DNA of 64,000 nucleotides from a plasmid: sequence record NZ_CP016173.1; one strand, 5' to 3'. Shown piece by piece: positions 57,309 to 64,000 of this stretch (position 1 is its first letter; each line of letters starts with the position of its first letter). The notes under the pieces were generated by a model. It saw only the letters and a program-made list of their open reading frames with translations, ran no database searches and was not told where the DNA came from. The position numbers and the translations under genes were made by a program.

Positions 57309-57521
57309 TCATGCCTGCGAAGGCGCTATGGGATTGCTTTCCGCATCTGCCAGCTTCGCGGCAAGTTTTTGACGAATCAGCGCCATAGCCTCGTCGTGCG
57401 GGATGCTGGGCCGAGGGTCGTCAAGACTGGCTTGCACCTTCGCACGGAACCAGCGGTCATAGCTATCCGCTTGTTCTTGCGTCTCGAACTCAGAGACTAT
57501 CGGGGAGAGGGCAGTGCTCAT
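57309..57521 (-). CDS. Antitoxin partner of ParE (ParD/stability-protein-like)
   Basis: About 71 aa from the internal Met (MSTALSPIV...), immediately upstream of the toxin gene; 'YDRWFRAKVQASLDD' motif. Confidence 0.55.
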   Translation of the reverse strand: MSTALSPIVSEFETQEQADSYDRWFRAKVQASLDDPRPSIPHDEAMALIRQKLAAKLADAESNPIAPSQA

Positions 57522-57619
57522 GGCAAGCTCCTTGTGTCTCTTCATTTTAAGGCATTCCGGGGATGATAGGGGCCCCCGCTCCCCGGCCTGCATGGAGGTT
57601 TCACGCCATTCTGGGCCAG

Positions 57620-58750
57620 TCAGGGCAGGGCGCCAAGGTTGGCTTGCAGGTCGGCCAATTTCTGGGCATCTTCCTGGCGCTTGCGGTCAATCGTCTTGGC
57701 GTAGATCCGTGTCGTGCGCGGGTCGGCATGCCCTAGCTCGTCTTGGGTCGTTTCAAGCGAGGCTCCCGCTGCCAGGCGGTGGGTGGCATTGGTATGTCGC
57801 ATCCAATGCGTGGTCATTCGCATGACTTGGCTGCGGATGTGCTCATCCGGACAGTCGCCTGCGGCCGATTTTGCCAATTCGTGCACGATCAAGCCGATGG
57901 AGCGAGGCGTCAAGGCCCGCGAACGGGCTCCCACGTTGATTGTCGCCACGAGTGGGATGTTCTCGCCAGGCAGCGGGAAATCTGCCAGGCCCCAGCTTTT
58001 TCGGTAGCGCATGAGCTCCTGCAGCAAGCTGGAATTCACGGCCACCATGCGCTCTTTTTGCCCTTTGCCAATGACGCGCAACAGCCAGCCGCTGTCCGTC
58101 CGTAAGAAATCTCCCATCACGCCGTTGGCCGCTTCTTCACGGCGCAGTCCGGCATGGTAGAGCAGGGCGAATAGCCATCTGGCGCGAGCGGCGACCGCGC
58201 GGTCGCGTGTGCTGCGCTCCGGCCGGTTGCACACCCAATCCCAAAGCCAAAACCAGCTATCGAGGTGCAGAGCTCGTTGCTGCCGCTCCGAACTGATAAC
58301 AGCAGGCTTCATCGACAGCTTGAACACGTTGAATTGCAGATAGCCCGCGTCCTGCAGGTATGAGCACATGCCGCCTAGAATCGTCCTGGTCTGGGCTATC
58401 GAGGCTGATGATAGCGGCGCCGCGAGCACCTGCGTTGGTGCTAGGACAACACCGCGCGGCGGCTTTCGAGGCCGGAGCCAATGAGCTGGAGGATTGGCCA
58501 GGTGGGCGTAGAACAGATGGGCGTGGTCCACCTTCATTTCCTTAAGCGACAGGCCGTTCTCGCCTAGCCACAGCAGTAGCCTGATGGCTTCACGGCGGTA
58601 CGCGTCAAAGGTGTTCGCGGTGCGACTGCCCTTGGCCCTGATCCAGACCGCAGCCGCCTGGGCATCTGTTTGGACGCCCAGGGCATCGCCAACCGCCTGA
58701 TCGGCACCAGGCGCAAGCAAGCGTCCGGGATCCAGTTCGGCCAAATTCAT
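57620..58750 (-). CDS. Tyrosine recombinase / integrase (XerC/D-phage integrase family)
   Basis: 'AGLRREEA' (box I Arg), 'HWMRHTNAT' (HxxR) and 'LGHADPRTTRIYAK' (catalytic Tyr) in canonical order. 376 aa. Confidence 0.85.
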   Translation of the reverse strand: MNLAELDPGRLLAPGADQAVGDALGVQTDAQAAAVWIRAKGSRTANTFDAYRREAIRLLLWLGENGLSLKEMKVDHAHLFYAHLANPPAHWLRPRKPPRGVVLAPTQVLAAPLSSASIAQTRTILGGMCSYLQDAGYLQFNVFKLSMKPAVISSERQQRALHLDSWFWLWDWVCNRPERSTRDRAVAARARWLFALLYHAGLRREEAANGVMGDFLRTDSGWLLRVIGKGQKERMVAVNSSLLQELMRYRKSWGLADFPLPGENIPLVATINVGARSRALTPRSIGLIVHELAKSAAGDCPDEHIRSQVMRMTTHWMRHTNATHRLAAGASLETTQDELGHADPRTTRIYAKTIDRKRQEDAQKLADLQANLGALP

Positions 58751-59001
58751 TGCGTGAGAGTCCAGGTACCATCGGACGAGAGCCGCACGACGGTGGGGGT
58801 GTCAACGCCCTCGATAGTGACTCGAAACCATTCAGCACGACCCGGGACCGTGGGGTCAAGCGCCCAGCTTTGTCCGCGCCCATCCGCTGCCACTGCATGT
58901 TTTGCCAAGGCCGCTGCGGCTTCCTCTCCAGTCAGCGTTTTTTTCTTCATGCTCATCTCCAACAGACCGACATTGCCGCTCATGCGGCCTCGGGTTCCCA
59001 T
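58747..59001 (-). CDS. Small hypothetical protein
   Basis: Upstream of and overlapping the integrase start by 4 bp. The true start is probably the internal Met (MSMKKK...). Confidence 0.35.
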   Translation of the reverse strand: MGTRGRMSGNVGLLEMSMKKKTLTGEEAAAALAKHAVAADGRGQSWALDPTVPGRAEWFRVTIEGVDTPTVVRLSSDGTWTLTQ

Positions 59002-59843
59002 GCTTCGAGCTTCTTTTCTAGAAAAGGGATCTCTCTTTTAAGCCCCGCAATTTCGCCTTCCAATTGAGCCACGTGACGGCGGAACGCCTGGGGCCAGAGC
59101 GGATCATCACGAGTGACCCTTTCGAGAGGTCCGTTGTACATGCGTTTCACGAGCAAAAATTCGGGATGCGTCCCTCGGCTGTCATAGGCACGGGTGGCGG
59201 TCGCAAGTTGCGCGTGCAGGGTCGAGATCAGCCATTCCAGTCCTTCGCTGGAGACCTCAAGTGGCTTGAATTGGATGCCAGGGCAGCTGGCCGTCTGCCA
59301 ACCGGAGCCAGGCCGCTCGTAGCCGTGATGAGCCATGGTTCCTCGCTGCACGGCAATACGGCGGAAGCATACCGGGCAGGTTTTGACGACCTTGTTGGGG
59401 TTCACCGGCTTGGACGGTGCCAGGCTCGGGGCTCGCCCTTTGACCACCTTATTTTTAAGGGACGCAACAGCCTCTGAAAGGGGCAACACCTCGGCGCAGA
59501 AGGTTCGCATCGCGTCCACGGCTGGCCCTGACGCTTTCGACCTGCTGACCTTCTTGCTCGTAGAGATGATGTCGTGCAGCCCCATAACCATGATGCTGTT
59601 GTAGAGCAGCCGCACGTCTTCCGGGTGGGATTCCCATTTTCCATAAAAAAAGGGCTCGCTCACGTGCAGCTTCCACGCCTTGTCGACAATCCGCGAGAGG
59701 GTTTCCTTGGCGTCGCGCCATACGACATTCCGAATGGAGCCTGCCTCCACCCCAGCTAGTACCTGTTCCACAGCCATATCGAACCGACTGGGATCCGCCA
59801 AGGAGTCGCGAAGGATGGGGAACTGCCGTGGAGTCATGAGCAT
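58980..59843 (-). CDS. Hypothetical protein with a Cys/His cluster
   Basis: 287 aa. 'CPVCFRRIAVQRGTMAHHGYERPGSGWQTASCPG' may be a zinc-binding element. Confidence 0.45.
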   Translation of the reverse strand: MLMTPRQFPILRDSLADPSRFDMAVEQVLAGVEAGSIRNVVWRDAKETLSRIVDKAWKLHVSEPFFYGKWESHPEDVRLLYNSIMVMGLHDIISTSKKVSRSKASGPAVDAMRTFCAEVLPLSEAVASLKNKVVKGRAPSLAPSKPVNPNKVVKTCPVCFRRIAVQRGTMAHHGYERPGSGWQTASCPGIQFKPLEVSSEGLEWLISTLHAQLATATRAYDSRGTHPEFLLVKRMYNGPLERVTRDDPLWPQAFRRHVAQLEGEIAGLKREIPFLEKKLEAWEPEAA

Positions 59844-60138
59844 GTCCTTTTTCTAGGCTGGAGCGGAGGGGTCGCATCCCGCTGATTTTGTTCCACGGGA
59901 ATCTCGCGAGTCCGCATCTATCGCTTCAACCCATTGAAAACTAAAAAGCTTTTGGGATTTCATCGACATTGAGGCCGTGGAACATTTTCGTTGTCGGCGA
60001 CCTGCCGCCGACCATCACCCCCGATATTTCCCATAATAACAGTTATGGGAAGAAGAGCGCAAGAGAAGTACCAAAATGAACCATGTACGTTCATATATGT
60101 ATTGACATCGGGCCGGAGCGGGCTCACAATGCCAATAC

Positions 60139-60153
60139 GTAAACAATGCGTAA
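60139..60153. repeat. 15-bp direct repeat, copy 2 (GTAAACAATGCGTAA) in a divergent promoter region
   Basis: Perfect match to 55607-55621. Lies between the start of the leftward gene ending at 59843 and the rightward ORF starting about 60170. Confidence 0.6.
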
Positions 60154-60169
60154 GCAGAGAGTGATCACG

Positions 60170-60475
60170 ATGAACAAGCCGCTTTATCCGATCGACATCG
60201 ACGCGCTGGCCGAAGACGCCCTGAACGCCGCGTGCCTGCTCATCCAGCAACGCCTGGGGGTTAAAGACGGCGACCTCGCGGGCGTTTTCTTCTCCGACGA
60301 CACCACCCGCAACGAGCTGCGGACCTACATCAAGCAAGAGCTGGAGATCGGTGAGGGCGATGTGGCCAGGCGCCTGCGCGGAGGCAGCGAGGATCACGAT
60401 GCTGACGATGGCGACGAGGCCGAATGCCATCCTGATAACCACGGGCCGCTGTCCAACCTCCCGCACGACGCCTGA
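60170..60475 (+). CDS. Small acidic hypothetical protein
   Basis: About 101 aa from MNKPLYPIDID...; first gene of a rightward block of short genes. Confidence 0.4.
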   Translation: MNKPLYPIDIDALAEDALNAACLLIQQRLGVKDGDLAGVFFSDDTTRNELRTYIKQELEIGEGDVARRLRGGSEDHDADDGDEAECHPDNHGPLSNLPHDA

Positions 60476-60500
60476 GGCAGCACGAACCGGAGCAATGACC

Positions 60501-60722
60501 ATGCGCGCCAAAACCAAGAAAGTAAAAGACGCACTCGCTGGCCTGCCGAGGCTTTGGGTTCGCACTTGGCCGAACGGCGTGTGTTTGGTCGGCCAAGAGG
60601 GCGTGCAAAGCGAAGAACGCCGCCAAGCAGCGCTTACCGCCCTGAAGAAAGCAGGAATTGCCGGCCGCGCTATAGGTGAACGCGGAACTAGCGGCGAGTA
60701 CGGTATCGAGATTGATGATTAA
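60501..60722 (+). CDS. Small basic hypothetical protein
   Basis: 73 aa (MRAKTKKVKD...) with GGAG 9 nt upstream. The longer listed ORF (60351) overlaps the previous gene. Confidence 0.4.
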   Translation: MRAKTKKVKDALAGLPRLWVRTWPNGVCLVGQEGVQSEERRQAALTALKKAGIAGRAIGERGTSGEYGIEIDD

Positions 60723-60764
60723 CAACGCCGCCCCGGTTCGCCGGGGCAGCACGAAGGAAGGACC

Positions 60765-60995
60765 GTGAACAAAGACCGCCGTGCCAAACTGGCCGACCTG
60801 CAAGGCAAGATCGAAGACCTGAAGAGCGAGCTGGAATCGCTGCGCGACGAAGAGCAGGAGTATTACGACAACATGCCCGAAAACCTCCAACAGGGCGATA
60901 AGGGGCAAGGCGCCGAGAGCGTCGTATCCAGCATGGACGAGGCGATCTCAAGCCTGGATGACGCCATTTCCTCGATTGAATCCGCTTCGGAGTAG
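60765..60995 (+). CDS. Small acidic coiled-coil protein
   Basis: 76 aa, GTG start with GGAAGGA upstream; heptad pattern 'LADLQGKIEDLKSELESLRDEEQEYY'. Confidence 0.4.
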   Translation: MNKDRRAKLADLQGKIEDLKSELESLRDEEQEYYDNMPENLQQGDKGQGAESVVSSMDEAISSLDDAISSIESASE

Positions 60996-61000
60996 TCGCG

Positions 61001-61366
61001 ATGTCCAAGACCAGCTTCAACACGCGTCACTTTCGCTGGGCCATATGCGAATGCTGTAGCGGCCACGGTAAGGTTGAGCATCCTGCCTTCAAAAATGGGT
61101 TCACATCCCAGGAATGGAGCGACATGGCGAACGACTGGGACGCCGAAGGCGAGACGAACGGCCAAGATCGCTACCTCGCCGGAGCGTATGACGTTCCGTG
61201 CGACGCTTGCGAAGGAACCGGCAAGGTGCAGCAGCCGGACTTCCGCGCCATGGGCCGTGATGAGCGGCGCGCCTATGTGAGCTACCTACGCGAACAGCGC
61301 GAGGTCGCCGAAATCGATCGCGTCATAAGCGCAGAATCGGCGGCGGAGCGCCGCCTGGGAGGCTAA
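61001..61366 (+). CDS. DnaJ-type zinc-finger (CxxCxGxG x2) small protein
   Basis: 'CECCSGHGKV' and 'CDACEGTGKV', two CxxCxGxG repeats in a 121-aa protein. Confidence 0.55.
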   Translation: MSKTSFNTRHFRWAICECCSGHGKVEHPAFKNGFTSQEWSDMANDWDAEGETNGQDRYLAGAYDVPCDACEGTGKVQQPDFRAMGRDERRAYVSYLREQREVAEIDRVISAESAAERRLGG

Positions 61367-61370
61367 AGCT

Positions 61371-61718
61371 ATGGGGTCAAAACTGATCAGCACCGAGGAT
61401 TTGGAGTCGATATCCGAACTCGAAGTGGTTTTTGGCACGACGCGCTTTCTGCCTGCGGCAGAAGAAGTACCCAGCGCGTTTCACAGCAGGGGAAGCGTCT
61501 ACAGCCGCCTCGCCGAGGCGCTGTTCTATGGTGGAGAGCTGCCGAAGGGCGAAGTGCTCTTCCGCAAGGATTTGGCCGAAGATTCTTTGAAGACGGGCGC
61601 ACTGGTTGTCCGCTTTGCGACGGCACATCTGCGATCGTTTGAGCCGAAGCACGAACATAAGATCGCAGGCGTCGCCTACCTCCTATCGCAACTGTGCGAA
61701 ATCAGGGAGTCGATCTGA
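61371..61718 (+). CDS. Hypothetical protein
   Basis: 115-aa ORF 4 nt after the previous stop. Confidence 0.4.
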   Translation: MGSKLISTEDLESISELEVVFGTTRFLPAAEEVPSAFHSRGSVYSRLAEALFYGGELPKGEVLFRKDLAEDSLKTGALVVRFATAHLRSFEPKHEHKIAGVAYLLSQLCEIRESI

Positions 61719-61975
61719 TGTGCATCTATCCCTTTGCGGCGCAGCGTGCGGACCACCTGCAGGGCCATGTTGCGAAAGCCGTTGTGCGCTACACGCCCTG
61801 GTGGGGCATCCCGTCCGCCGTGCGAGTGCGGTTCAACCCCTGGTTGTGCGTGTTCCATGATGAACCAGGTGGCCCGAAGCCGTTCGTAGCGTTCGGTGGA
61901 CGCGAAGGCATGGAGGCTGCCGTAGAGCACGTGATCGGACCCGCAATTTCCTCACGCCAGGAAGCCCCCCGATGA
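61718..61975 (+). CDS. Hypothetical protein
   Basis: About 85 aa from MCIYPFAAQR...; overlaps neighbours by 1-4 bp. Confidence 0.35.
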   Translation: MCIYPFAAQRADHLQGHVAKAVVRYTPWWGIPSAVRVRFNPWLCVFHDEPGGPKPFVAFGGREGMEAAVEHVIGPAISSRQEAPR

Positions 61976-64000
61976 ATGATCTCATCAAGACGAACGAACG
62001 TATCGAGAGCGTCGCCCGGTTTCAGTCTTTGCAAGCGGGCCAGTATTGGCGCGCCCTCGACACGATAGCCCACGAGGGCATTGACAAGGGAACGGTGCTG
62101 CTCATCCAGTCTATCCGCTGGATCGAGGACAAACCACACACTGTCGTCTTGCGGGCGCACCCTACCAAAATCGGCTTGCAGACCACGGTGAAATTCATCG
62201 ACGCCGACGGCGTGGAGCAAGAGCGTTGGCTGCGCTACGACGAGCATCGCTTCCTCCTGAAGGAGTTCCTTGACCGATTCGAGCACGAGCCCGATCACCA
62301 ACGAGTGCGCACTGCGGAAATTCAAGAAGTGCAAGGCCGCATCGGCGCCCTGCAGACTGAGCTGCTGCAAGCGCAGTCCGACCCGACTGTGCTTGCCCGA
62401 GTCGTGCAGGATCAACTCAATGCGCAACCTGCACTATCCAACACAGCCATTGCCGACATGGCAGTCATACCGACTAGCACATCGCACACTGATCCGGAGC
62501 TTGCAGGCGTCGTTACCGGAACCGTGGCCGACGCCATCGGCGCGGGGATCACCCCTGACTCGATCGATGCGCTCAGGCAAGCGGCCGGTCGTGAGCACCA
62601 AATCGCGACGATTAAAGCCCAGTGGATCCAAGGGAAAACTGCCGAGATCGCCGCGACGATCAAGGCCATTACGCCCTTCTATGAAGAGCAAGCTGCCGCC
62701 GCGCTGGCGCAGACCGAAGATGTCCGCACCTACGTCGCCCAGTTGATGGAGGGCATTGAATCCCTCGACCTGTATGTGGGCAAGGGCGTGGAAGTGACCA
62801 CAATCCGCGAGGGCCAAGCGGCGCCGAGAGCGGTGCCCCTGACGTTTGTCCAGAAGAAACTCATGATGGACGAAGAGCTCGCCGTGTGGGCCGACATCGA
62901 TGAGTGGTTCGACTTTTCCAAGGAGTCTTTGTTCTTCGACGCACTGCGAAACCACGATGACCTGGTGCGTCAAATCTTCCCGACTGAGCGTTGTGTCCTC
63001 GTGATGGCAACCACCCGACGCTATATAGACTATGGGGACACCTGGGCCAACAATGTTCGAAACAAGGAGAGCCACAACGTCTTCCTGATGATCCGCAACG
63101 GCATGAACATCCATCGGGTCTTTTCGCCGGTAGAAAGCCACTTGGGAAGCGCTCGATTGTTCCCCTCGCGCGACGATCAGGAACGGATCTTCCGTGGCCT
63201 GGACGGTAGCCAAATCAAGTTCGAGGACGTAGCCTACTCCGATCGGCATGCAGCGCACGAGCGGTTCGCATTGCACTACAAGCGATTCCTACTTTTGGCA
63301 TGTGGGCTGGATCATCGGCTCAAGTTGTTCGGCGACTTCTACGAAGGCCCTCCCAATCTGGATTTTGTTTCGCAACGGTTCCAGGAGCTGTATTGCCGCT
63401 TTCTGCATGACGACGATGGCTCGGGCATGCTGCCGGGTGAAGCGCGCATGCCCCTACAGGAGTGGATCAACGAGAAAAACGCCTTTCTTCGGTCGGGCTC
63501 GCGCGTTCTATGCAATTGGGCAGAAGTGATGAACCCTTCGACGGCCCCGGCCGCGTGCAAGCCCTACGGCAACCACGACCGATTCGAGCGCCGTTACCGC
63601 CCCGCCGAGGGCATGGGCGTCGCCATCGCGTATCGGAGCGCGCAGTCATTATGCGTGGATGTTCAGGTTGCTGGGCATACGGCCAGCTATGACGATCGCA
63701 CATTCAATTGCAAGGTCAACCTGACGAAATTTTCGAACGGCCATTGGGCCTATACGGACCTGCCCTACCTCTGCCTGGACGCCGTACAGCCCGAAGATCT
63801 GCACTGGTACATCCATAACCGCGACACGCGTCAAGACCACCTCTCTTACATTCGATTCTTCAAGCATGCGTTGAAGTTCCTGCAGAACGAACTGGCGCGT
63901 GAGCGAGATACTCGGCAGCGCCTAGCTCAAGCGCTACATGATGGCGCTATCGCGTCGGGCGAGGAAGCTTCCGCGATCGTCCAACAATCCGTCATCGCCT
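61972..64000 (+). CDS. Large uncharacterised protein, 3'-partial (over 676 codons, open at the window end); not in the ORF track
   Basis: Hand translation from the ATG at 61972 (MNDLIKTNERIESVARFQSLQAGQYW...) runs stop-free to 64000 with strong GC3 bias. Overlaps the previous stop by 4 bp. No Walker A or relaxase motif seen. Confidence 0.6.
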   Translation, partial: MNDLIKTNERIESVARFQSLQAGQYWRALDTIAHEGIDKGTVLLIQSIRWIEDKPHTVVLRAHPTKIGLQTTVKFIDADGVEQERWLRYDEHRFLLKEFLDRFEHEPDHQRVRTAEIQEVQGRIGALQTELLQAQSDPTVLARVVQDQLNAQPALSNTAIADMAVIPTSTSHTDPELAGVVTGTVADAIGAGITPDSIDALRQAAGREHQIATIKAQWIQGKTAEIAATIKAITPFYEEQAAAALAQTEDVRTYVAQLMEGIESLDLYVGKGVEVTTIREGQAAPRAVPLTFVQKKLMMDEELAVWADIDEWFDFSKESLFFDALRNHDDLVRQIFPTERCVLVMATTRRYIDYGDTWANNVRNKESHNVFLMIRNGMNIHRVFSPVESHLGSARLFPSRDDQERIFRGLDGSQIKFEDVAYSDRHAAHERFALHYKRFLLLACGLDHRLKLFGDFYEGPPNLDFVSQRFQELYCRFLHDDDGSGMLPGEARMPLQEWINEKNAFLRSGSRVLCNWAEVMNPSTAPAACKPYGNHDRFERRYRPAEGMGVAIAYRSAQSLCVDVQVAGHTASYDDRTFNCKVNLTKFSNGHWAYTDLPYLCLDAVQPEDLHWYIHNRDTRQDHLSYIRFFKHALKFLQNELARERDTRQRLAQALHDGAIASGEEASAIVQQSVIA

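Noticed and set aside
1-64000. CRISPR arrays, rRNA or tRNA genes
   Set aside because: No regularly spaced repeat-spacer arrays and no tRNA-like cloverleaf or rRNA segments were recognised by eye. The element's att/tRNA junctions are presumably outside the window.

Overview
The window is about 64 kb of high-GC DNA that looks like an I-type (IncI1/R64-like, Dot/Icm-type) conjugative or integrative-conjugative element; both element ends lie outside the window. All family assignments rest on motifs I recognise in the supplied translations and on gene order, not on database searches.

- Left end: a plasmid RepA-like initiator (possibly 5'-truncated), an ATP-dependent DNA ligase, a DUF3606 gene, an iteron-like repeat block, rdgC, a PD-(D/E)xK nuclease and an orphan Dam-type methylase.
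- Leftward operon, about 7.5-20.6 kb: a type IVb thin-pilus cluster ordered like R64/PAPI-1 (PilL, PilN secretin, PilO, PilP, PilQ ATPase, PilR platform, PilS pilin, prepilin peptidase, a PilT-like ATPase, a PilV-like pilin with a collagen-like tail, a PilM-like gene), preceded by a lytic transglycosylase and ssb.
- Leftward operon, 20.7-33.8 kb: T4BSS genes in Legionella icmL-K-E-G-C-D-J-B order plus a DotL/IcmO-type coupling protein, with an uncharacterised 395-aa gene inserted between the IcmJ and IcmB positions.
- 34.4-35.5 kb: a tyrosine recombinase flanked by AT-rich repeat-bearing DNA sits between the icm operon and a rightward dotD-dotC-dotB operon.
- Rightward, 39.4-51 kb: ParM-type partition genes, trbA (DotM-like) and trbB (DsbC-like), several hypothetical genes, and a dotA/traY-like gene.
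- 51-54.6 kb: a stand-alone EAL-domain gene and an invasin/intimin-type inverse-autotransporter adhesin.
- 55.6-60.2 kb: a segment bounded by perfect 15-bp direct repeats carrying a second tyrosine recombinase and a ParDE toxin-antitoxin pair.
- Right end: an operon of small uncharacterised proteins, including a DnaJ-type zinc-finger protein, and a large ORF of more than 676 codons that runs off the window and is absent from the ORF track.

No rRNA, tRNA or CRISPR array was recognised, and no relaxase was identified.
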